Part shown: piece after piece, positions 27,706-36,956 of the stretch | Position numbering within the stretch: position 1 is the first letter of the stretch | How the letters are laid out: each line of letters starts with the position of its first letter | From: an uncultured bacterium | Lineage (GTDB): Bacteria; CSSED10-310; CAZUFC01 | Assembly: GCA_964619725.1 (NCBI GenBank) | Contig: CAZUFC010000089.1 | Span: 1-36,956, forward strand | Length of the DNA: 36,956 nucleotides | Direction: 5' to 3' | Notes under the pieces: generated by a model | The model's database searches: none | The model's input: only the letters and a program-made list of their open reading frames with translations | Told to the model about the DNA's origin: nothing | Translations under genes and position numbers: made by a program

Positions 27706-29586
27706 ATGCGCATGAAAAAGTCAGTGACTCTCTCGGCGCTGATCATTGCAATTTTTTTCTTTTCATCGTCGATTACCGGAAGTCTGGTCGAATCTTCCAG
27801 TAAGAGTATAGAAGCGCGAGTTCTCATCCTTCATTCATATCATTATGGTTTCACGTGGACGGAGAAACTTTCCGAGGGAATAAAATCGGTTTTCTCCGAA
27901 TATGAAGGACTGATAGAGCTGAGATTTGAGTTCATGGATTCCAGGTATATTTTTTCGGCAGAGTATTTTTCTGTTTACGAGGAGATGTTGAAAGTAAAGT
28001 ATGCCGAACAGAAAATCGACGTAATAATCTGTTGTGATGACAGGTCTTTAGACTTTTACTTGAGAAGAGGGAAGGAGATATTTCCGGAAACTCCGACGAT
28101 ATTCTGCAGCGTAAGCGGCCAAAGCGCTGCAGAGATGAAGGAAGAGAACCTGACGGGAATAATGGAGGAATTGGAGATACGAAACACGTTGGAATTAGCT
28201 TTAAAGTTCCATCCGAACGTGAAAAAAGTAGCTGTGGTCACGGATATGACTTTGACGGGGCAGGCTCTTAAAGCGAATGCCGCGAAAATTTTCGATAACT
28301 ATAAGGAGAGACTGGAGTTTCGGTACCTGGACGATTTAACCCGGGAAGAACTTATTGAAGAAATTTCTCAGTTGACCGAGGGGACCCTGGTATTTCTTTT
28401 CATTTTTCACAAGGACAGCAAGGGGCGATTGTTTTCACATGAATATAACCTGAAGGTGCTGAGGAATAATTGCCGCGTGCCGATTTACTCGGTTTGGGAA
28501 TTCTACCTGGGTTACGGAATCGTCGGGGGAAAATTGACGGACGGGGAGCTTGAGGGGAGGTTGATCGGTGAAACGGCAATGGAGATAATCCGGGGACGAA
28601 AAGCGGAAAATATTCCCATGAAAAGTAATCCGACGCGTTATATGTTCGATTTCAACGAGCTGCAACGTTTTAACGTGAAATTGAACGAATTGCCGAAAGG
28701 CAGCGTAGTTATTAACAAGCCGTTTTCTTTTTATGGGGAGTATAAAAGAATTATATGGGTCGTAGTTTTTGTGTTTTTTATATTGCTGTTTGTTATAGCG
28801 ACATTGATTTACGTTCTGAATCTGCGGCGTAAAACAGAGAGAAAAATAAACAGGATATGCGAAGAATTGAAGCTGGAGAGAGATGAGAGAACATCACAAC
28901 TGCAGACGGCTAACGAAGACCTGAAAGCATACGCCTATACCGTATCGCACGACCTTAAAAAACCGCTGCGGCACATCAGCGCTTATATAACTTTTCTGGA
29001 ACAGACTCTGCCGGAAGATTGCGATCCTAAAAGCCGTGAGTATTTACAATCGATGAGCGATGCGGTCAGAAATATGCAGAGGATGATTGACGTTCTGCTG
29101 GAATTCGCTCGTTCAGGGAGCAGTGAGTTGTCGAAGAAATCCGTGGACCTGAGTAAAATCGTGCAGGCCGCACGGCAAGAAGTCACGCATGTTGAAGATT
29201 CAAGAATAATCGAATGGAAAATACCGGAGTTGCCCGTTGTTCAGGGTGACCCGGAGTTATTGAAATTAGCCCTGGTGAATCTGATTTCAAATGCTTTAAA
29301 ATTTACGAAAACGAGAAAAACAGCCGAAATCGAAATCGGCAGCTTTAACAGGGACAATGAGGTCGTAATTTTCATCAGAGATAACGGAGTCGGATTCGAT
29401 ATGAAATATTCGGATAAACTCTTCACGATATTCCAAAGATTGCACGGAGAAAAAGAATTTTCAGGAACCGGCATAGGATTAGCTAACGTCAAACGTATCG
29501 TCAAAAGGCATAGCGGAGAAACCTGGGCAGAAGGTGAGGTCGACAAAGGCGCTGTTTTTTATTTTTCTTTACCCATGGAAAAGTGA
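27706..29586 (+). CDS. Sensor histidine kinase with a periplasmic ABC-type substrate-binding domain
   Basis: Signal/TM helix, VLILHSYHYGFTWT, LGYGIVGG and a TM helix; H-box YTVSHDLKKPL, NLISNALKF, DNGVGFDM and FQRLH...GTGIGLA. Start 27706 or 27712. Confidence 0.92.
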   Translation: MRMKKSVTLSALIIAIFFFSSSITGSLVESSSKSIEARVLILHSYHYGFTWTEKLSEGIKSVFSEYEGLIELRFEFMDSRYIFSAEYFSVYEEMLKVKYAEQKIDVIICCDDRSLDFYLRRGKEIFPETPTIFCSVSGQSAAEMKEENLTGIMEELEIRNTLELALKFHPNVKKVAVVTDMTLTGQALKANAAKIFDNYKERLEFRYLDDLTREELIEEISQLTEGTLVFLFIFHKDSKGRLFSHEYNLKVLRNNCRVPIYSVWEFYLGYGIVGGKLTDGELEGRLIGETAMEIIRGRKAENIPMKSNPTRYMFDFNELQRFNVKLNELPKGSVVINKPFSFYGEYKRIIWVVVFVFFILLFVIATLIYVLNLRRKTERKINRICEELKLERDERTSQLQTANEDLKAYAYTVSHDLKKPLRHISAYITFLEQTLPEDCDPKSREYLQSMSDAVRNMQRMIDVLLEFARSGSSELSKKSVDLSKIVQAARQEVTHVEDSRIIEWKIPELPVVQGDPELLKLALVNLISNALKFTKTRKTAEIEIGSFNRDNEVVIFIRDNGVGFDMKYSDKLFTIFQRLHGEKEFSGTGIGLANVKRIVKRHSGETWAEGEVDKGAVFYFSLPMEK

Positions 29587-29681
29587 ATGGCCTGATAGAA
29601 TCGATTGAAATTCGGCATTATTCATGGAGTGGAAAAAATCGCAGCATCAGGGAAAATTCGACGCTTATGGACAGAATGCGC

Positions 29682-30167
29682 TTAAAATTCGACCCTGGCT
29701 CCCGGTTTTATACCGTTTCTTTCGAACCAGCCGGCATTGACTTCCAGGATGTAGCGCGCTTTTGCCCGGGAAAAATAATGTAGGTCTTCCCGCATTGGTT
29801 TCATTTCAACAATGTTCAGGATAATGCCGTTTTCGTCGATGAATGCTGCAGACAGCGGTATTCTGGTGTTTTTCATCCAGAGAGAACGGAATCGGGAATC
29901 ATTGTAGATGAACAGCATACCCTTGTTCCAATCCAGGGATTCTCTGTGCATCAATCCCCTGAGTTGAGCGAGCGACGTATCAGCGACTTCAACGGTCAAG
30001 TCTTCTTTTCCGACACGGATTTCGATTTCGTCCAGTTTTTCTATTTTGGGCGTCGGACGTATTTCTCCTGCGAACGATGCCGGAAGTAACGGGAAGAGGA
30101 GCGTTCCTGGAAAAAAGAAGCATGCCGTGAAGAGTATGATTACGGTTATTTTGCGCAGAAGATTCAT
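29682..30167 (-). CDS. DUF192 domain exported protein
   Basis: VEVADT...RGLMHRESL...GMLF...WMKNTRIPLS...YILEVNAG; signal peptide. Confidence 0.92.
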   Translation of the reverse strand: MNLLRKITVIILFTACFFFPGTLLFPLLPASFAGEIRPTPKIEKLDEIEIRVGKEDLTVEVADTSLAQLRGLMHRESLDWNKGMLFIYNDSRFRSLWMKNTRIPLSAAFIDENGIILNIVEMKPMREDLHYFSRAKARYILEVNAGWFERNGIKPGARVEF

Positions 30168-30176
30168 TTCAGGGAC

Positions 30177-31964
30177 TTATCTTATGCTGTCGGGTTTGAA
30201 GGAATTCAGAACGTCGTAATCCAGAATTTCTTCGTATTTATTCGTAATAGGCATACGGTGATCTTCACCAAGTGCACGTTGCGATATTTTGATGCCCGGC
30301 GGACCCTGGCGGCGTTTATATTCATTGCTGTCGATCATGTCGATGACTTTTATAACCGTTTTCTTTTCGTAACCCAGGGCCATAATCTCATCAATGCTCT
30401 TATTTTCGACGATATACAGCTCCATAATGGGGTCCAGGATTTCATAAGGCGGCAGGATGTCCTGATCGGTCTGGTCGGGTTTCAATTCCGCGGAAGGGGG
30501 TTTATCGATAATATCCTGGGGGATCAGGTCGAATCCGGCCAGTTTATTTCGGAATTCGGAAAGTTTGTATACCAGGGTTTTCGGGACGTCCTTGAGAACT
30601 GCGAAACCGCCGACCATATCGCCGTAAAGGGTACAATATCCGACGCTCAATTCGCTTTTATTGCCTGTGGCCAGGACGAGTTTACCGAATTTATTGGAAA
30701 AGGCCATCAGGATTATTCCTCTAATGCGTGCCTGAATATTTTCTTCCGTTTCATCCGGTTTACGGTCTTTAAAATATTGGTTGAGCATGTCGTCGAAGGT
30801 TTTCATGCCTTTATCGATAGGTATGACGAGAAATGAAACGTTTAACTTTTCCGTCAATGTCCTGGAATCGACTATGCTTCCTCTGGAGGAATAGGGGCTC
30901 GGCATGCAGATGGCTGTAACATTCTCCGGTCCCAGGGCATCTGCAGCCAGAACCAGGGTCAGGGCTGAATCAATCCCTCCGCTGAGTCCCACCAGGGCTC
31001 CTTTGAAACCGTTTTTCCGGGAATAATCGCGCAACCCCGTCACCAGAGCTTTGTATATTTCTTCGCATCCTGTGATCCGTTTGTGAGGTAATTGTTTTAA
31101 GGGAGTTTTCATCTTTCGGGGGGTAAAGGAAATGTGCGTCCTTTTGCCTTCTGAGTGGCGGGTTAGGCTGTGGAGTCGCTTCCGCTTTCTCTTTTCCTCT
31201 CTTAAGGCCGTTAGGTCCAGATCGCCGTATATAATGTCGGTTTCAAACTGTTTGGCTCGATTGATTATCCGGCCTTTATAATCCATTATTATACTGTCGC
31301 CGTCGAATACCAGCTCATCCTGTCCTCCGACGAGATTTACATAAACGATATGCGCAGTGTTGGTAAGCGCCCGTCGCCGGAGCATGTTTTCGCGTTCCAT
31401 ACCCTTGCCCGCATGATACGGACTGCTGGATATATTTATTATTATCTCAGCGCCGCCTTCACGCGCCTGGCTTTTCGTCACGCGGGGAAACCATATGTCC
31501 TCGCAGATGTTAACGCCGAATACGCAATCTTCAAAATAAAACACGCCGTGATTTCGGCCCCGCGTGAAATAGCGTTTCTCATCAAAAACGCCGTAATTCG
31601 GCAATTCTTTCTTCTGATAAGCGCCCACCAGGCGACCCTGAGTCGCTACGGCCGCAGAATTGTACAGCTTGCCGTTTTTGCGGTCAACGAATCCGATGAT
31701 GGCTACAATGTCCCCGATCTTGTGCGTCATATTCTGCAGCAGATAAATATTGTCCTGGATGAAACGGGGCTTGAACAGCAAATCTCTCGGCGGGTATCCG
31801 GGAAGTACTAATTCCGGAAAAACTATGATGTCCGCTCCGTTCGATTCAGCTTCGCTCAACCGCTCCAGGACCTTTTCGCCGTTTCCGATAATGTCCCCCA
31901 GAACAGCATCTATCTGCGCCGCCGCTATGCGTACCGAGGCGATGCCGGTTTCTTTATCCGCCAT
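30177..31964 (-). CDS. nadE: Glutamine-dependent NAD+ synthetase
   Basis: Nitrilase domain (FPEL, KKELPNY, ICEDIW) fused to the synthetase domain (GLSGGIDS, ENIQAR, TGNKSE, PPSAEL). Confidence 0.97.
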   Translation of the reverse strand: MADKETGIASVRIAAAQIDAVLGDIIGNGEKVLERLSEAESNGADIIVFPELVLPGYPPRDLLFKPRFIQDNIYLLQNMTHKIGDIVAIIGFVDRKNGKLYNSAAVATQGRLVGAYQKKELPNYGVFDEKRYFTRGRNHGVFYFEDCVFGVNICEDIWFPRVTKSQAREGGAEIIINISSSPYHAGKGMERENMLRRRALTNTAHIVYVNLVGGQDELVFDGDSIIMDYKGRIINRAKQFETDIIYGDLDLTALREEKRKRKRLHSLTRHSEGKRTHISFTPRKMKTPLKQLPHKRITGCEEIYKALVTGLRDYSRKNGFKGALVGLSGGIDSALTLVLAADALGPENVTAICMPSPYSSRGSIVDSRTLTEKLNVSFLVIPIDKGMKTFDDMLNQYFKDRKPDETEENIQARIRGIILMAFSNKFGKLVLATGNKSELSVGYCTLYGDMVGGFAVLKDVPKTLVYKLSEFRNKLAGFDLIPQDIIDKPPSAELKPDQTDQDILPPYEILDPIMELYIVENKSIDEIMALGYEKKTVIKVIDMIDSNEYKRRQGPPGIKISQRALGEDHRMPITNKYEEILDYDVLNSFKPDSIR

Positions 31965-31983
31965 ATCGCAACAAACCTTTCAA

Positions 31984-32466
31984 TCAAGCATTTCTCAAGC
32001 TTTTCAGCGCCCTTCGTGTCAAGCCGCCGCTCAACAACAACCCCATCAGCAGTAAAACGGATATCCGCGCCGGCGGATTCATCGCCGGAACAGGCGTGGG
32101 TTCAGGCGTCGGCGTCCCTAAAATATTAATGGTCCCTGTATAGAAAAAAACCGCATTCTCCCGGATAATTTCCGTGCCCGGAGCGCAATCGAAAACGACG
32201 GGAGCGAAGTAATTCCAGGGAATAGGGTCTGTTTCCCAATCAGCGCAAGGACCGGAAAGATGACCGATCTGTATCACTGTCCCGGGAACTTTATTGAAAA
32301 AATAGACCGTATCGCCGTACATGATGTCGATTTCTTCCGGATCGAATCCCCAGTTGTAAAAGTCGACGAAGTGATCCTCTGCGTGAACGCCCGCATTCGC
32401 CGCCGACAAGAGAATAATTCCAAGTAAAATTTTTCTCGCTAAACTTTTTTTATGTTCCGATCTCAT
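31984..32466 (-). CDS. Exported cupredoxin-fold protein with an IPTL-CTERM-like sorting signal
   Basis: Signal peptide; FDPEEIDIMYGDTVYFFN; PT-rich linker, VPAM, hydrophobic helix and basic tail. Confidence 0.6.
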   Translation of the reverse strand: MRSEHKKSLARKILLGIILLSAANAGVHAEDHFVDFYNWGFDPEEIDIMYGDTVYFFNKVPGTVIQIGHLSGPCADWETDPIPWNYFAPVVFDCAPGTEIIRENAVFFYTGTINILGTPTPEPTPVPAMNPPARISVLLLMGLLLSGGLTRRALKSLRNA

Positions 32467-32590
32467 CGTATCTCCCTTTTAAGGCTTAAAAGTGAAGCCT
32501 TTCACTTCTTTCATCAGTAATGATAAATATCCGGAAAAGCAAATTCAAAATTAAATGTCGTTCTTTCCCCGGACAATTTCCTTAAGGCTC

Positions 32591-32780
32591 CTAAATGTCG
32601 ATTTTTATCCCTGTCGGACAATGATCGGAACCCATTATCCCGCTCATTATCGTCGATTCGGTCACCTTGTCCCTGAATCCTTCATTCACGAAAAAATAAT
32701 CGATCCGCCGGACATTCCAGAAAACTCTTCCTGTGAACGTCCCGCAATCCGTCTATGTTCCATGAAACTATGCTTATCAT
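32591..32780 (-). pseudogene. xth: Exodeoxyribonuclease III remnant with a large internal deletion and frameshift
   Basis: From ATG 32780: [22 protein letters not shown]. In another frame: [41 protein letters not shown] (TAG at 32591). These match the SWNxNGLR and RIDY...GSDHCP termini of ExoIII. Confidence 0.88.
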
Positions 32781-33200
32781 TGTTCAGGCCCCGTTATTCA
32801 GGAAATATCCGTTAACGTAATTTCACTGACTACAATCATGAAGAAATCTCCAAAGAAAGTCAATTCTCCAAAAGCCTGCCGCAGTTCATTTTATGAACAC
32901 TGTTCGGCGTCCGTTGCGAATTCTTTACATTCGCCGGCAAAGCTTTGACGGTCCAATGCTTTCTGTTTTTCAAACATTCCAGGGGAGAAGTATCCTGAAA
33001 TGCCTTTTTTTCAATGAGTAATTCCGAACAGATTATTTTTTTAATTATTCGGAGAATGATCAAGAAACGTGCATGAATGTTGCAGGCATTGATAGAAGGT
33101 GACGAGTGAAGTTCGATCGGATGAGACATAAAAAAATATGGAAATAAGGGAATTACCGGGAAGGTAATAGCTGCGGGAGCAGGGCGTTAAGAGGTTTAAA

Positions 33201-33575
33201 ATGCAAACGGTACTGGTTATAGATGATGAGGAGCTGATACGCGGATTTATCCGTCTGGCTTTAGAGAGAGAGGGATATGAGGTCAGGGAGGCGCATAATG
33301 GGGAAATAGGATTAAGGATGTATCGTCAGGAGCCGGCGGACCTCGTTATAACCGACATCATCATGCCTGATAAGGAAGGATTGGAAACGATACGGACTCT
33401 GAAGCGGGAAAATACGGATGTAAGGATAATCGCCATGTCCGGGGGCGGACCCCGGATGGGTCATGATTATTGTCTTCAGATGGCGAACAAGTTGGGAGTG
33501 GTAAAATCTCTTGCGAAACCGTTCGGAGCGGCTGAATTGCTTGAAGCGGTCAAAGAGGCTTTAGATCAGGATTAG
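33201..33575 (+). CDS. Single-domain response regulator
   Basis: VIDDE, TDIIMPDKEG, AMSGG and KPF. Confidence 0.93.
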   Translation: MQTVLVIDDEELIRGFIRLALEREGYEVREAHNGEIGLRMYRQEPADLVITDIIMPDKEGLETIRTLKRENTDVRIIAMSGGGPRMGHDYCLQMANKLGVVKSLAKPFGAAELLEAVKEALDQD

Positions 33576-33606
33576 GCAGCCGGTTTGTTTCAGGGCAAAT
33601 GCCGGA

Positions 33607-35448
33607 TCAGCCGGAGTTTTGTCCGCCGAACAATTTTTTACGTAATTCTTCCGTTTCTCTTTTCAGCTTGTGAAACTGAACCCGGTGCATGCCGCATTGA
33701 TCGGCGGCTTTTTTGATGTTGCCTGAGCTGTTATTAAGCGCTTGGCGAACGAATTTGGCTTCGACGATCCGCAAATGTTCCCGCCCGATATTTTTCATGT
33801 CTTCTTTGCATCTTTTCAATTCCCGGGCATTTGTCGGGTTGAGTTTCAACATGCGGGTATAGGGATTCTTGGTGATATTCATAACAGGGCTGTCGCTTTC
33901 GACGATTCTCGCCGGCAAAATATCAGCGGTAATCCTGTCTCCATCCAGGCGTGCGACGGCAGCTTCTATAATGCGTTCCAACTCCCTGATATTGCCTTCA
34001 AAATCATAATTTTCCAGTAACCGATAGACATCCTGGTCGATTTTTATATCGGTTATGCCTCTTTTTTTGCCGTATGCATCAGCGAAATGATTGATCAACA
34101 GCGGTATGTCTTCCTTTCTTTCCCGAAGGGGAGGCAAGTCCAGTCGCACGCCCAGGATGCGATAATAAAGGTCCTTCCTGAATTTCTGTTTCTCTTTGGC
34201 TTCTTCCAGGTCGCAGTTGGTAGCGGTGATTAACCGGAAATCGACGCTGATTTCCTCATTAGAGCCTAATCTTTGAATCTTTTTGCTTTCCAGCACACGC
34301 AACAGTTTCGCCTGCAAGTCGGCGCTCATATCCGCTATCTCATCCAGAAACAACGTTCCTTCGTTCGCCTGTTCGAAAAAACCCTGGTACGGCATAACCG
34401 CTCCCGTGTAAGCTCCTTTCACGTATCCGTGCAATTGAGCGTTCAGCAGGCTTGAATCGAAATCCGAGCAGTTGACGCAAACGAAAGGTTTGTTTTGCCT
34501 GGCGCTGTTATTATGTAAAGCTTTGGCGATCAACTCTTTTCCCGTTCCGCTTTCTCCTCTGATGTGAACCGGGACGTCCTGGTCCGCAACTTGAATGACG
34601 ATTTTTAAAACTTTCATCAATCCTTCGCTTTTGCCGCGAATTCCCCCCAGATCATATTTACTATGGAATTCGGCATAATCGTCCCCCGATAAAGGAACAT
34701 CCCTCAGCTTGGCGGTGTAATGCAGGGGAGCGGCCAGGATGGCTCCGAACTCTTCGAGTAATTCCCGGTCGATTTCCGCGAAAAGACCGAGGCGTGAAAG
34801 ATTCTCGATGTATAAGGCGCCGATGAGCATCTTCTGATAGATCAGAGGGACGACGAATATAGAAGTGACTCCGCCTTCCATGATGCTGGTTTCATCTGAA
34901 TAGGATTTACCGTTTTGAACGTTGTCGACAAGGATGGTCTCGCGGTTTTTCCTTATGTCGTTGAGAACGCTGCGGCTTATTGTAAAACTCCTGTATTCCA
35001 GGTTCCGTGCCTGATCGTCACGCGCCGCCAACACCTGCACTTCATCCGGCGCTTCCCTGAACAATACGATGAATCCCTTCTTCGACCTGGTCGTTGCGAT
35101 CAGATCGTCCAGAGCTTTTTGACAAAAAACGTCGGTGTCCTGATTCTCAAAGAAATATTTGACTATCCTGGCGGCTAATTTTCCGGTTTTGTTCTCCTTT
35201 TTCAACACGCTGACCAGCGCCCGCATCTCTTTGGCGCATGCATCCAGAGATTTTTTTAATTCCGCCAGATGCTCCTTCTGATTACTCGTCAGGTCTTGTA
35301 TATCTTCCGTCAGCGCCGATACGGCAACCTCTCTTTTTTTATGTCCCGCCAGTTTCTTTTTCAGCTCCTCCATATCGTCCAACATAGACCTGCGGCACTC
35401 ATCATAAGCCCTATTCAGCAGCGCTCGTATCTTTTTTTCTTCCGTCAT
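33607..35448 (-). CDS. GAF-domain sigma54-dependent transcriptional activator
   Basis: N-terminal coiled coil, GAF (ISRSVL...IFVVPL...IGALYIEN), [26 protein letters not shown] and a C-terminal HTH. Confidence 0.92.
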   Translation of the reverse strand: MTEEKKIRALLNRAYDECRRSMLDDMEELKKKLAGHKKREVAVSALTEDIQDLTSNQKEHLAELKKSLDACAKEMRALVSVLKKENKTGKLAARIVKYFFENQDTDVFCQKALDDLIATTRSKKGFIVLFREAPDEVQVLAARDDQARNLEYRSFTISRSVLNDIRKNRETILVDNVQNGKSYSDETSIMEGGVTSIFVVPLIYQKMLIGALYIENLSRLGLFAEIDRELLEEFGAILAAPLHYTAKLRDVPLSGDDYAEFHSKYDLGGIRGKSEGLMKVLKIVIQVADQDVPVHIRGESGTGKELIAKALHNNSARQNKPFVCVNCSDFDSSLLNAQLHGYVKGAYTGAVMPYQGFFEQANEGTLFLDEIADMSADLQAKLLRVLESKKIQRLGSNEEISVDFRLITATNCDLEEAKEKQKFRKDLYYRILGVRLDLPPLRERKEDIPLLINHFADAYGKKRGITDIKIDQDVYRLLENYDFEGNIRELERIIEAAVARLDGDRITADILPARIVESDSPVMNITKNPYTRMLKLNPTNARELKRCKEDMKNIGREHLRIVEAKFVRQALNNSSGNIKKAADQCGMHRVQFHKLKRETEELRKKLFGGQNSG

Positions 35449-35573
35449 ATGAAACTAACTCCCCGAATGGCGAATTAAAAAAGCGGTCCGATTACTGCTT
35501 TATTTTAAACGAATTTATTCGCTAAATCAATCCGCGTATCCAGCAATGTCGACCCTCGTATTCACCCGAATCA

Positions 35574-36583
35574 CACGAATAAGAATGGGCACATAATCGT
35601 GAATTGCAATTCATGAATGTTTCCGCAGGCACGACCGTTATAAATTTCGACAGCTTCGAGTCGGCGGTCGACAGTGACCTCTCCGACGACTCCTCTTGTT
35701 CGCGTGAATTCGTGAACTTTCGCGGACGAGGAATAAAAAAGCAAGTCCGGCATCTGTAAAAGAGCAAACTATTTCTACAGAATTATCATCCGCTAATTCA
35801 CGCGAATTCACGCGAAAAGAGAACAGGAAATAATTTCTGCGTTTGTTGATGCCGTTACGAGCGACGGGTTCAATAAGGAAGACATCAATGAACGCTTAAG
35901 CTGTAATCCCTCATGACGAACCTCTTATTCGTCCGATTCGTAGGATTCGTGGTTAAAAAAATAAAACTTCACCGGTTCAAAACCCTCCTAAAGTATTGAT
36001 GCTGTCTCATTTACGATTTTTCCAGAAATACAACCACGAATCGCTCGAATCTCACGAATAAGAATGGGCGCATAATCGTGAATTGCAGCTCATGAATGTT
36101 TCCGCAGGCACGACCGTTATAAATTTCGACAGCTTCGAGTCGGCGGTCGACAGTGACCTCTCCGACGACTCCTCTTGTTCGCGTGAATTCGTGAACTTTC
36201 GCGGACGAGGAATAAAAAAGCAAGTCCGGCATCTGTAAAAGAGCAAACTATTTCTACAGAATTATCATCCGCTAATTCACGCGAATTCACGCGAAAAGAG
36301 AACAGGAAATAATTTCTGCGTTTGTTGATGCCGTTACGAGCGACGGGTTCAATAAGGAAGACATCAATGAACGCTTAAGCTGTAATCCCTCATGACGAAC
36401 CTCTTATTCGTCCGATTCGTAGGATTCGTGGTTAAAAAAATAAAACTTCACCGGTTCAAAACCCTCCTAAAGTATTGATGCTGTCTCATTTACGATTTTT
36501 CCAGAAATACAACCACAAATCGCCCGAATCTCACGAATAAGAATGGGCACATAATCGTGAATTGCAGCTCATGAATGTTTCCG
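35574..36583. repeat. 479-bp tandem direct repeat (about 2.1 copies)
   Basis: AAGAATGGGC recurs at 35581, 36060 and 36539; the intervening sequence appears identical except near the junctions. Confidence 0.95.
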
Positions 36584-36896
36584 AAGGCGAGTACTGCCTC
36601 GAAATTGACGATCAACGATGCGGTAATTTTCCTGGATCGCCTGATTCGTGTATTTCGCGTGCCCGTTTTGCCCGGATTCGCAACCTTTTTCGTTATGATT
36701 TACTTGAAACACCACATAATTTCGATTCGCTTTTTACATCCAATCCATGCCGGATTCGCATGAATTAAGCTAAAGAGGAGCGCGTGTCACGATGAAGCCT
36801 TTGCGTAAGCGGATTATTGCTTATACGTTGACTGAGCAAATCCGAAGACTGACGCAGTATTGGGAAAAATTCGCCGTTTACGGACAAAAACTAGGG

Positions 36897-36951
36897 AGTG
36901 CCTGTCCATAAACTCGATTGTCGATTCAAAATTTAGTGCTGGACAGTCACT
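36897..36951. repeat. Short inverted repeat
   Basis: AGTGCCTGTCCA ... TGGACAGTCACT (12 bp, one mismatch). Confidence 0.45.
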
Positions 36952-36956
36952 GCGGT

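Noticed and set aside
32555-32815. 86-aa plus-strand ORF
   Set aside because: Antisense shadow of the xth remnant.
1280-35478. Numerous antisense ORFs overlapping called genes (e.g. 1280-1987, 8586-9134, 12964-13533, 14709-15416, 30258-30836)
   Set aside because: Shadow frames of well-supported genes with no motifs of their own.
35522-36246. Duplicated short ORFs inside the 479-bp repeat
   Set aside because: No recognisable motifs or RBS, the C-termini differ, and they run through the palindromic motifs.
35574-36583. CRISPR array
   Set aside because: The unit is 479 bp and the interiors are identical rather than unique spacers.

Overview
Bacterial chromosomal window of moderate GC. The gene content (sigma54 regulators, hybrid kinases, an IPTL-CTERM-like sorting signal) fits an uncultured Gram-negative anaerobe, but taxonomy is not determinable from this window. 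0.3-10.4 kb: a run of minus-strand accessory genes (sulfotransferase, two SAM methyltransferases, dienelactone hydrolase, PolX-N-terminal HhH protein, VIT1/CCC1 protein, GAF-PAS hybrid kinase). Five consecutive intergenic spaces each carry a copy of a ~140-245 bp MITE-like element with 13-bp terminal inverted repeats, an 8-bp target-site duplication at two copies and a length-variable internal hexamer tract. 10.2-13.9 kb: DUF47-PiT phosphate operon, divergent from a Thr-type sulfatase-like enzyme. 14.1-18.6 kb: yceD-rpmF-plsX-acpP-rnc-radical SAM, with no fabH/D/G/F. 18.6-23.8 kb: the best candidate for an undescribed system, two tandem circularly permuted ATP-grasp ligase paralogs with an unusual EGPCCNSYPAC motif, followed by an orphan permease and divergent from a Memo/AmrB protein with an RRE/PqqD-like N-terminus. 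23.9-35.4 kb: two-component and sigma54 regulators, DUF192, nadE, a copper-less cupredoxin and an internally deleted exonuclease III pseudogene that the ORF track misses. 35.6-36.96 kb: non-coding 479-bp tandem duplication built from inverted 9-bp-periodic motifs. No rRNA, tRNA, CRISPR array, integrase or transposase was seen. All family calls come from motif recognition by eye, not database searches.
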